A stretch of 64,000 bases of DNA from Promethearchaeota archaeon (GTDB lineage: Archaea > Asgardarchaeota > Lokiarchaeia > Sigyniarchaeales > SOKP01): positions 1-64,000 of the forward strand of contig JAEOTP010000016.1 in the NCBI GenBank assembly GCA_016839765.1, read 5' to 3'. The stretch's first letter is position 1. Every line of letters starts with the position of its first letter. A model generated the notes under the pieces. The model was not told the origin of the DNA, made no database searches, and worked only from the letters and a program-made list of their open reading frames with translations. Below, one piece after another: positions 9,513 through 18,332 of this stretch. Both the position numbers and the translations under genes were made by a program.

Positions 9513-10439
9513 TTAAAGATTTTCGAAGAAATCTTTAAATTTTTTATCCATGCTAAATAACTCTTTTGCTGATTGATCAGCTCTTTTAAGTTCATTAGAC
9601 ATTTGAATTAATGATTCAGATAATTCTTGTTCTTCAAATGAATTTGATATATTAATTAACTTATTTACTGGTTTAATTAGTTCATGATATAAATGTAGTT
9701 TATTTTGGCGCAATAATTCAATGAGCTTCTCAATATCTCTAAGCAATAATTCTTTCTCCTTCATAAGATCAGGGAATTTTTCAATTTGTTCTGCTTTATT
9801 TTCCAAAAAAGACTTTATTTCAGTCTCTTGAATTAGTTCTGCTAATTCTGCTGCTTTTAAAAAGCTTTTCATTGCTTTTTTATATAATTTTTCGTGTAGT
9901 AGTTGTTCAGCAAGTTTAATTTCATCAGATAGCTTTTCAGGGATTTCTTCACCAAGATTAATTAATTCTCTTGCTTCTTGAAGTTTGCCATTATCAATCA
10001 TCTTTTTAGTTTTATCATCAATAGTATTCTTAACTAAAGCAGGTTCCTTTAATTTTTCCATCAGTGAGAAGATAGAATTCAATTCATCTTTAAGTAAATC
10101 TTCCATTTTCGCCCTATCTTTAGAGAAGTTTTGCACTATTTTTTCAGAAATCTGGTTGATAATACTTTTTAATGACATTAAATCTTCTTCTTCTTTCAGA
10201 ATAAAAGCTATAAATAAATTATCTTTTTCGATAGATTTTGCATCAATCTTACTTGAAAAATACCTTAAATCATTTTGATGTGCTGATGCATTCATAAATT
10301 CTTTATCAACATGATTTTCTGTAAATTCTTTTAAAATCTCAGATGATATTTTACTTTCTTGGGATAAATAATATTCTGCAATTACATTAGGTCCAAAAGA
10401 TACATCTATCTCATAAAGAATAATTCCAACAGGCGACAT
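9513..10439 (-). CDS. uDENN/longin-like N-terminal domain plus helical domain
   Basis: GIILYEIDVSFGPNVIAEY resembles the h-h-x-F-D-x-x-x-G-P start of uDENN/longin domains; C-terminal half is amphipathic helices. Confidence 0.55.
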   Translation of the reverse strand: MSPVGIILYEIDVSFGPNVIAEYYLSQESKISSEILKEFTENHVDKEFMNASAHQNDLRYFSSKIDAKSIEKDNLFIAFILKEEEDLMSLKSIINQISEKIVQNFSKDRAKMEDLLKDELNSIFSLMEKLKEPALVKNTIDDKTKKMIDNGKLQEARELINLGEEIPEKLSDEIKLAEQLLHEKLYKKAMKSFLKAAELAELIQETEIKSFLENKAEQIEKFPDLMKEKELLLRDIEKLIELLRQNKLHLYHELIKPVNKLINISNSFEEQELSESLIQMSNELKRADQSAKELFSMDKKFKDFFENL

Positions 10440-10582
10440 TTTTTTTAACTCCTCATTAAATTGATATTTTTATATTTAATAGTTAATTAGCATTTAATTA
10501 AAAATTTTTATACCATCTTAATTATTTAGTTAATAGTCAAAATTAGGAATAAAAGATCGCGTTTTTAGTTAAAATTATATAT

Positions 10583-11266
10583 CTATTTTTTATATTTAAA
10601 AACTTCTTCTCCTTTCATTGAGTTAATTGAGAGCCCTCTTTTATATCTTGCGTATTTTTCAAATTTTTCCTCAAATACAATATCAATTTCATCTAATGGT
10701 AAATCCGCATGTACACCCCTATCTTTTACATATTCACCAAAACGGTTCCCATTATCATCATAAGGAGGAAAGACTGCATCATTTTCCCCATCAAATTCAA
10801 CCATTGGGAGAAAGCCTCCTTTAATAGCCGTAGCTTCATCAAAGGAAGGGGTTAATTTTATCCATCTATTATTCAAATAAAATTCACTATAACCGTGATA
10901 ATACATAACATTATGTCCCATAAAGTCGATGACTCTTTGGGACACTTTATGATTTATTAAGTCTACTAAATGAATTCGGGCTGGAATTCCAACTGCTCTG
11001 GCAAATGAAGATAATAAAATGGATTTAGAAACGCAGAAACCATTTTTTCTGCGTAAAGTTACACTAGCTTTAAAATTTGATTTCGAATTGGGCAAATATG
11101 TTGCCATATTATATTTAATTTCATTTCTTACCCAGTAAAATAAAACAATTGCTTTTTCTTTATCTGTTTCTAAATCTTTTGTAATTTCTAATGCTTTATT
11201 TTTAACGATTTTTTTGTCAAAATCATAAAATTCAGTTGGTTGAAGATATATTGAAAAATCCTCCAT
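10583..11266 (-). CDS. Transglutaminase-like family protein
   Basis: GFCVSK (Cys), RAVGIPAR, HGYSEFYLNNRW. Confidence 0.9.
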   Translation of the reverse strand: MEDFSIYLQPTEFYDFDKKIVKNKALEITKDLETDKEKAIVLFYWVRNEIKYNMATYLPNSKSNFKASVTLRRKNGFCVSKSILLSSFARAVGIPARIHLVDLINHKVSQRVIDFMGHNVMYYHGYSEFYLNNRWIKLTPSFDEATAIKGGFLPMVEFDGENDAVFPPYDDNGNRFGEYVKDRGVHADLPLDEIDIVFEEKFEKYARYKRGLSINSMKGEEVFKYKK

Positions 11267-11316
11267 GATTAGAAAAAAATGAGATTACTTTATAATTTTT
11301 TTATAATAATTAGGAA

Positions 11317-13167
11317 TTAAATTCCTAATTCTTCTAATTTTTCCTTTGTTGGCCATCCAGTTTCCCATTCCCAACCCCTTATTTCATAGTACTTTTTAAG
11401 GTTTTCGTCCAATTCAAGTTTATTTCCAGCAGTACCTCCATATGGAATAGGGGTCTTATTAATTTTTGTCAAGTGATCATCGCCTCTTGTTACCCCCAGT
11501 TTACAAGAAATTAATCGTTTAACATTATTTGCTCTCTCTCCTGCTTTTAACATCTTTTTTTTGTTTCCCAAGCTTTTAAACCCAGTAGCTGCTTGAAATA
11601 TTTTTGTAAGATGAGGAATGTTTACATACGGTTTATTACAAATCACTCCAGAATCATACAAGTTAGCTAAATCTTGCATATTGATAACATCTTTTTCTCT
11701 CCCGTTGATATCAAATCTATCTGCTCTTTTTATACCCGTTATATTAGCACCATTCCCGTCAATATTATAAAATTCTCCTTTTTCGTGACTCGCACCACAG
11801 CAACATGTCATATAAGAAAGAGCTTGGCCATCATATGCTCTTGGATCATGCATAGGCATTTCCAGTCCTTTAACATGTGCTGCTAGCTCTGGATCAACTC
11901 CAAGTGCTTCTGCCATGATTTTCACTCCTTCAGAAAGTAATTTACCTATACCTTCTGTCTTGGAAATTTTCTCAACGAGTTTTAAGATCAGCTCACCATT
12001 TCCCCATTTGATATCTTCTAATTTAATATCTGAAAGATGTTTTTTGATATTATCAATGCTAATTTTATTCTCAACAAGATAAATTAAGAACGCAATTGAA
12101 ACACCCGCCGAAATTGTGTCAATTCCATCAATATTACATAAGTGATTAGCTTCTAAAATTGGCTCCCATTCAAAATTACCGCATAATGGACCAAATGCTG
12201 CAAGTGTTTCATATTCAGGTCCATCAATTTCTAACTCATTCCCATCTTTTTCATAAATCGTAGTTCTTCCACACCCTATAGTACAACCTGCACAATAGTA
12301 ATTCAAAACAGGATACTTTTCCTTTAACGCTCTTCCTGTAAGTTTTTCCGCAATAAATTCTGATTTGGTGAAATAATACGCAGGAACATCTCCAACGACC
12401 ATTCCCATATCAGTATAACATGCTGTCCCATAATGGGACTGAAACTGCACAGCAAAAGAGGCTTCTATTCCTGCTCTAGCTAATGTTACAGATTTTTTCA
12501 TTTGCTCAAAATCAGCATATTCAATTTTTTTAGTACCCTTCATAGCAATAGCTTTCAGTTTCCTATAACCCATAAGCGCTCCAAATCCGCATCTGCCTGC
12601 AGCCCTTCCTTCGTCATTGATAACACAAGCATACTTTACTAAATTTTCTCCACCCTTTCCGATGCATGCGACACGAATCTTCTCATCCTTGAGCTCGTTT
12701 TTTATAATATCGATCGTTTCATATGTGCTTTTTCCCCAAATATTCTCAGCACTCTTAAATTCTATGATTCCATTATCTATAGCCAAGTATATAGGTTTCT
12801 CTGAATCTCCAGTTATTACGATCGCATCAAATCCACTCCTTTTTAAGGCGATTGGAAATTGGCCTCCGGAGGTTGACTCTCCCCACACTCTGGTAAGTGG
12901 AGATATTCCAGTAACCGAATATCTTCCGCTTGAAGGCGTTATTGAGCCCGTAAGTGGTCCAGTAGCGAATATTAGAGGATTAATACTGGCATATGGATTC
13001 CGTTTCAACATTTCATAATCTTCATCAGATAATAAGTCGTAAGTGAGTTTTGCGGATAAACCAACACCACCAACAAAATTTTCAGCGACTTTAGGATCAA
13101 GTTCCTTTATTTCCACTTTCTTAGAATCTAAATCAATATAGACAATTTTACCATTATATCCTAACAT
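11317..13167 (-). CDS. aor: Tungsten-dependent aldehyde:ferredoxin oxidoreductase family
   Basis: GYNGKI, SPLT..WGES.SGG, RAAGRCG.GALMG, C..C..GC, PEYET, DGIDTIS, HDPR. Confidence 0.93.
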   Translation of the reverse strand: MLGYNGKIVYIDLDSKKVEIKELDPKVAENFVGGVGLSAKLTYDLLSDEDYEMLKRNPYASINPLIFATGPLTGSITPSSGRYSVTGISPLTRVWGESTSGGQFPIALKRSGFDAIVITGDSEKPIYLAIDNGIIEFKSAENIWGKSTYETIDIIKNELKDEKIRVACIGKGGENLVKYACVINDEGRAAGRCGFGALMGYRKLKAIAMKGTKKIEYADFEQMKKSVTLARAGIEASFAVQFQSHYGTACYTDMGMVVGDVPAYYFTKSEFIAEKLTGRALKEKYPVLNYYCAGCTIGCGRTTIYEKDGNELEIDGPEYETLAAFGPLCGNFEWEPILEANHLCNIDGIDTISAGVSIAFLIYLVENKISIDNIKKHLSDIKLEDIKWGNGELILKLVEKISKTEGIGKLLSEGVKIMAEALGVDPELAAHVKGLEMPMHDPRAYDGQALSYMTCCCGASHEKGEFYNIDGNGANITGIKRADRFDINGREKDVINMQDLANLYDSGVICNKPYVNIPHLTKIFQAATGFKSLGNKKKMLKAGERANNVKRLISCKLGVTRGDDHLTKINKTPIPYGGTAGNKLELDENLKKYYEIRGWEWETGWPTKEKLEELGI

Positions 13168-13189
13168 TTCTCTCCTCTGATTTTATTTA

Positions 13190-14503
13190 TCACATGTAAT
13201 ATAGTTTCATTAAATCATCTATTTTATTTTCATATACGATTTCAAAAATTTTATTAATCTGAGGCTTATCTAAATATCGTGAAGAAAAGAGAGTGTCCAC
13301 ATCGCTAAAAGCATTATTAATCAACTGATTCATTTTATTCATATATTCTTCCCGAGAAATCTTTGGTTTCTCAAGATGATTGATAGAAAGTGGACATTGA
13401 ACTTTTTTCAGAAAGTCCTGCATTTTTCCCAATAATTCCTTTAAAATTTGATCATTTGCTTTTTTATTCACTTCAACTCCAAAAATTTTTGCTATATCTA
13501 GAAATCTATCTGTTACTTTTGCTTGGTATGCAACAGAAGCGCATAAAAATAATCCTACTGCTACACCATGATGGACATGGAAAATACCTCCAAAGGAATG
13601 ACCTAAACTATGTTCTAAACCTGCAGAACCTGTATTTATAAACCCCAATCCTGCAATATAAGCAGCCATTTGCATTTTTTCACGGGCTTCAATATCATTT
13701 CTCCTTTTTACTGCCCGAGGTAGAAATTCTAAGATCATTTCTATAGCTTTAATGTTATGCATATCCGTATAAGGAGTACTTCCATATAATACATACGATC
13801 CTATTGAATGCGCCAAAGCATCTATCCCAGTACCCATTGTTAAATAAGTCGGCATGGTTTTAGTGAATTCAGGGTTTAAAACTACGATATCAGGACAGAA
13901 TTCATATAGAGGAACAGCTATTTTTTTGGGAGGATCTCTTCTTGTATCTGTGACCATCGCATTAAAAGAAGCCTCTGCTCCTGTTCCACTAGTTGTCGGT
14001 ATAGCCGCTAAAAAATGAACTTTTTTGCGTAAACCCAAATATGAAGGCATCATCATAGTGTTAACATTCACTAACGGCTGTTCATAGTAAAGTAGAATTA
14101 TTTTTGCCATATCTATAGCAGAACCACCTCCTATAGCTATCATTATCTTTGGGTCATATTCTTTGCATATCTCAACAGCTTGCATTACTGATTTTAAAGG
14201 CACTTCAGGAATTACATTATCAAAAATACAACTATCAATAGCTCTAAGCTTTTTTAATTGATTAGCAACTTTTTCACCGAATTTCCTTAGTTCTGGATCT
14301 ACAATAATTAAAGTACGCTTTTCATCAGGATTTAAACACGCACCCAATAAAATTATGAAATCATTTAGACTGTTCGTTCCAGTAAATGTATACTTGGGCG
14401 ACACAATAGCACAGTGATATCCGCGCATTGCATTACTAGCTGCTTTTAAATATAAATTCCTTAAATTCGGATCTTCATACCAACTAATATCTCTTTTTGA
14501 CAT
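13190..14503 (-). CDS. Iron-containing alcohol dehydrogenase
   Basis: GGGSAIDMAK, IPTTSGTGAE, GIDALAH, H...H...HG. Confidence 0.92.
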   Translation of the reverse strand: MSKRDISWYEDPNLRNLYLKAASNAMRGYHCAIVSPKYTFTGTNSLNDFIILLGACLNPDEKRTLIIVDPELRKFGEKVANQLKKLRAIDSCIFDNVIPEVPLKSVMQAVEICKEYDPKIMIAIGGGSAIDMAKIILLYYEQPLVNVNTMMMPSYLGLRKKVHFLAAIPTTSGTGAEASFNAMVTDTRRDPPKKIAVPLYEFCPDIVVLNPEFTKTMPTYLTMGTGIDALAHSIGSYVLYGSTPYTDMHNIKAIEMILEFLPRAVKRRNDIEAREKMQMAAYIAGLGFINTGSAGLEHSLGHSFGGIFHVHHGVAVGLFLCASVAYQAKVTDRFLDIAKIFGVEVNKKANDQILKELLGKMQDFLKKVQCPLSINHLEKPKISREEYMNKMNQLINNAFSDVDTLFSSRYLDKPQINKIFEIVYENKIDDLMKLYYM

Positions 14504-14637
14504 CTAATAACCTCAAAACTAACGATTTTCTCATGTGGGATAAATTTTTTGTAATTTATAATTGTATCCAGAATGTAAATAGAAAATTAGACAAAAAAAG
14601 AAAATTTATTTAATAGATTTAAATAAAAAGAAAAAAA

Positions 14638-16056
14638 TTAAAGAGATTTAATTGCTTCCTTTACTGATTTTTCAAAAAGTATGCAAATCATATCTGCATC
14701 TTCATCATTAATAATAAGGGGAGGCTTAACTTTTAAAGTATTTTGAATGTAATAACCTGCTGTAGACATGATCTGCATTTGTTCACCAAAAAAGATTCCA
14801 TTTTTCCATCCAATATGGATCAATTTGTTTAATAGCTCATTATGAGGTTCACGGGATTCACCATCTTTTATAAACTCCACACCAATAAATAAACCAGGCC
14901 CCCTAACATCACCTATCTGTGGAATATCTTCTGAGAGATCTTTGATAAATGAGGATATTATCTTTCCTAATTTTGCTGCACTTTCCGGTATCTTATGTTT
15001 TTGTAAAATCTCAATATTAACTAAACATGCCGCCATTGCTAATGATGGTGAAGAAAACGTGGAATGTTCCTCAAATTCCGTTAACATCCGTAATTTAGGT
15101 TTTGCTACTGTAATTCCAATGGGAACCCCCGCTGCGGCTGCTTTAGTTAAAGTCATAATATCGGGAGAGACATCTTTACCGTAAGTGGCTTCATACCATT
15201 CAGTTGCAAACATTTTTCCAGTACGCCCAAAACCTGTTTGAGCCTCATCATAAATTAACAAAATATTATTATTTCGACATATTTCCTTTAAACCCATTAA
15301 AAAGTCAACTGGAGCAGGAATTTGACCTCCAGGACCTTGCATAGGTTCAATAATACAACCAATTGGGTTACCAGTAGCATACATTTCTATTTGTTGGCGA
15401 ACCATTTCTAAACATTCTAAATTACAAGATTTATCTCTTATTCCCCCAAGACCTTCCTTATAATTCCATGGACATCGATAACAGTAAGGATAAAAAGTTC
15501 TGAGCCAATGCTCTGTTCCAAAACCAGAAAATCTCATGGGTAGCCGTTGAGAAGCTCCCATCATAACTAAACTTGAACCATGATAACCCCTTCGGAAAAC
15601 AATAAATTGATCTCCCTTCTTATTATTTATCATTGCCAATCTTATGGCGCATTCAAGAGCCCATCCTCCTCCAGAATTATTTACACTTACTCTTCCACCT
15701 TTCAATTGGCCTGGTACAATTTCCGCAATTTTATTAGCAAATCTAATCCTAATAGGCGTTAGAAAATATGACCATGCATGAGTGGTTATCTGAGATTGAA
15801 GACCTAATGTATAAGTTATATCCGGATTATTATGCCCTAAATTATAAACCCATGCTTGAGATGTACAATCTAAAATCTCCCTTCCATCATGAGTTTTAAA
15901 ATATATTGATCCTGGAGCTATAGCTCCCATATAAACAATATCTCGATCTTTAACTAAAAGATGATCTTTTTTACATCGTTCAATTTCATCTTGAGATAAG
16001 GGACTAAGTAAAATTTTATCGATCTCTTCTTTTGACAAATATCTTGGTTCTTGCAT
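14638..16056 (-). CDS. Class-III PLP aminotransferase (omega-amine/GABA-like)
   Basis: NLGH, GYHG, IIEPMQG, LIYDEAQTGFGRTG, TLTK (PLP Lys), DVRGPGL. Confidence 0.92.
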   Translation of the reverse strand: MQEPRYLSKEEIDKILLSPLSQDEIERCKKDHLLVKDRDIVYMGAIAPGSIYFKTHDGREILDCTSQAWVYNLGHNNPDITYTLGLQSQITTHAWSYFLTPIRIRFANKIAEIVPGQLKGGRVSVNNSGGGWALECAIRLAMINNKKGDQFIVFRRGYHGSSLVMMGASQRLPMRFSGFGTEHWLRTFYPYCYRCPWNYKEGLGGIRDKSCNLECLEMVRQQIEMYATGNPIGCIIEPMQGPGGQIPAPVDFLMGLKEICRNNNILLIYDEAQTGFGRTGKMFATEWYEATYGKDVSPDIMTLTKAAAAGVPIGITVAKPKLRMLTEFEEHSTFSSPSLAMAACLVNIEILQKHKIPESAAKLGKIISSFIKDLSEDIPQIGDVRGPGLFIGVEFIKDGESREPHNELLNKLIHIGWKNGIFFGEQMQIMSTAGYYIQNTLKVKPPLIINDEDADMICILFEKSVKEAIKSL

Positions 16057-16143
16057 ACTATATCAAATAGATTTTTAATTATTATTAAAACTAATATGAA
16101 CTAATATGAATGAACATTATATAAAAGTATTTTCCAACTAAAT

Positions 16144-17440
16144 TTAAATCTTCGAGGCGATAAAATCTATGATATCAACAACTTTAATTTTTTCTTTAAC
16201 CATAGTATCCATTTCTTCATAAGCGTTGTTTAAGTTATTTATGCAAAATGGACAGCTAGTTGTTAAAATTTGAGCACTACTGTCAACTGCTTCTCTAATA
16301 CGTTCTTTAGAGATTTTAACCGCTAACTCTGGAAATTGGCTTTTTACCCCACCACCCGCGCCACAACACCAAGCATTATTTCTATTTCTCTTCATTTCTA
16401 TTAATTCAATTCCTGGAATATTAGTAATGACTTCACGAGGTATATCATAAAGATTCATGTGGCGACCTAAATGGCAAGGGTCGTGGTAAGTTACCTTTAC
16501 TTTTTCTCCTTCTTCCTTTTTAAAAGGAATTTGATTATTATTAAGCAATTCAATTATTATTTCTGTTATATGCTTTACTTCAAATGGTAATTTTTCACCT
16601 AATAATTCAGGATAATCTTTTTTCCACGTTCGATAACATCCTGCACAAGCGGTAAAGAGAGTCTTAGCACCCCTTTCCTTGAATTCTTCAATATTATGTT
16701 TAATCGTTTCAGTTAATGATTTTTCATCACCAATACGTATGGCAATTGAGCCACAACACCATTCATCTTTGGTCATTGCTATTTCTTTTCCTGCCGCTTT
16801 TAAAATTTTCATCATATTTTTTAATGTTTCTACCTGTCTTAAAGGTATACTACATCCCCCAAAAAACATTAGTTCTCCCTTTTCCTTAATTTCGGGAAAT
16901 TCTTTTATCCAATCGAATTTTTCATCTATATCCTCCCCATATGGATTTCTCATCTTATCATCGTTCATATATTCGACTAAATCACTATGTCTTTCAAGAG
17001 GAGCAAAACCAGCTTCAACCAAATCTTTTCTTAATGCATCCCAAACTTTAACATGATCAATCCAATTACACGTAGGGAGGGTAATATATTCATTTTGAGA
17101 CATATGACATACTTCAGTACAATTTCCACATACCGAGCATTGATATACCCATTCTGCAAGCTCTCTACTCAATGGGATTTGTCCTTCTAATATACTCTTG
17201 AGGACATTCATCCTCCCTCTTGAAAAATATAATTCAAATCCCTCATCTTCCATTGCCTCTTTAACGGGACATGTCAGATATCTCCCAACAACAGGTCGAA
17301 TGGCGTAACCACAATCTCCACAACCCAGGCAGGGTTTACGATCGATATCATAAACCTTTCTGCGATCATGGATAATTTCCAAAACCTATACAAGAGAATA
17401 TGGCTTTCCATTCCTTTTTTAGATGTTTTAATTCACTCAT
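16144..17440 (-). CDS. HdrD/GlpC-like Fe-S oxidoreductase (ferredoxin-like + two CCG domains); two exons: 17440-17388 and 17326-16144, 411 aa spliced
   Basis: Spliced N-terminus MSELKHLKKEWKAIFSCMGCGDCGYA...CP aligns with the paralog at 42171 (LKELEKEIYKCIHCKACRFA); WCCG, ACAGC, YHDPCHLGR, WCCGAGGG, TSCPFC. Confidence 0.88.
17327..17357 (-). other. mRNA BHB intron B (31 nt)
   Basis: AGGUUUAUGAUAUCGAUCGUAAACCCUGCCU; 9-bp outer helix UCCAUGAUC/GGUUGUGGA, central helix GCAG/CUGC, bulges AA^A and CU^G, 10-bp inner hairpin with AUCG loop. Confidence 0.85.
17358..17387 (-). other. mRNA BHB intron A (30 nt)
   Basis: AGGUUUUGGAAAUUAUCCAUGAUCGCAGAA; central helix UUGU/GCAG, bulges AU^A and AA^G, inner hairpin GGUU.UGGA/UCCA.GAUC. 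Confidence 0.8.
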
Positions 17441-17450
17441 ATTTTTCACA

Positions 17451-18314
17451 TTAAAATATATAAACTAGTTTTTCACTAATTTTCCATAATTTCGTTTGTA
17501 GAGATTCATCATAAGTCAATTTGTGTGATTTTACAGGTTTACAGTTCTTAAAATATTTTCCCGTAATTCCTTCCACTTCGGGCGATGATGCGAGATATAC
17601 GGAAGTTCTTGCCGCTTCTTCTGGGCTTTTTGTCAATGGTGATATTAAAGAGAGAAAAATTTTGGAACGTTTTTTAGTTGGAGCTGTCATTTTTGTTCTT
17701 GCATGACCTGGATGAAGTGCATTTACAGTTACACCAGTTCCATTTAATCTACGTGCCAATTCATATGTGAATAGTACTAACGCAAATTTAGCATTTGCAT
17801 ATGCTTTTTGAGAAGAATATTTTTCCTCAGACATTAAATCATCAAAATTTATTTTAAAATAGAGATGAATATTTGATGAAACATTTATAATTCGGGAAGG
17901 AGCGCTGTTTTTAATGACATCAAGTAAAGAATTTGTTAATAAGAAATGTGCCAAATAATCGACTGCAAATGTGCTCTCATATCCATTTTCAGTTTCTATT
18001 CTTTTTCTATTAAAGATACCGGCATTATTTATTAAAACATGTAAATATTTGTAATTCTGTTTGAATTCTTTAGCCACATTTTCAACTGATTTTAAAGAAG
18101 CTAGATCTGCGATTAAAAGATCGATTTTTTCATTACCTGATTTATCTTTGATCTCATTTTGTGCTCTTTCTGCTTTTTCTCTATTTCGACATATCATTAT
18201 GATATGATATCCCTTTATTGCTAGTTGCATGGCGGTTTCTATCCCAATACCAGCATTGGCTCCCGTAATCACACAAAATCTTTTGTTAGACTTATAATTT
18301 TTGTTAATCATCAT
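17451..18314 (-). CDS. Short-chain dehydrogenase/reductase (RDH/WWOX-like)
   Basis: TGANAGIG, NNAG, YANAK, HPG. Confidence 0.92.
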   Translation of the reverse strand: MMINKNYKSNKRFCVITGANAGIGIETAMQLAIKGYHIIMICRNREKAERAQNEIKDKSGNEKIDLLIADLASLKSVENVAKEFKQNYKYLHVLINNAGIFNRKRIETENGYESTFAVDYLAHFLLTNSLLDVIKNSAPSRIINVSSNIHLYFKINFDDLMSEEKYSSQKAYANAKFALVLFTYELARRLNGTGVTVNALHPGHARTKMTAPTKKRSKIFLSLISPLTKSPEEAARTSVYLASSPEVEGITGKYFKNCKPVKSHKLTYDESLQTKLWKISEKLVYIF

Positions 18315-18332
18315 TTCTAAAAATTATTATTT

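Noticed and set aside
16089-16110. Tandem AACTAATATG x2 upstream of the aminotransferase (similar short duplication near 55408-55444)
   Set aside because: Only two AT-rich copies; slippage cannot be told from an operator.
17366-17368. In-frame UGA after removal of intron B only, as possible selenocysteine
   Set aside because: It would leave a 10-aa insertion breaking CxxCxxC, it is not at a Cys position, and no SECIS was seen. It is removed with intron A.
17327-17382. ORF-track N-terminus MEIIHDRRKVYDIDRKPCLG from TTG 17382
   Set aside because: It lies inside the structured insert with no RBS. The upstream ATG exon matches the paralog's N-terminal helix. The fortuitous CLGC means weak unspliced translation cannot be fully excluded.
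17323-17386. Ribosomal bypassing between matching GGT codons 61 nt apart
   Set aside because: No stop codon directly follows the take-off codon, and two exact BHB motifs explain the insert better.
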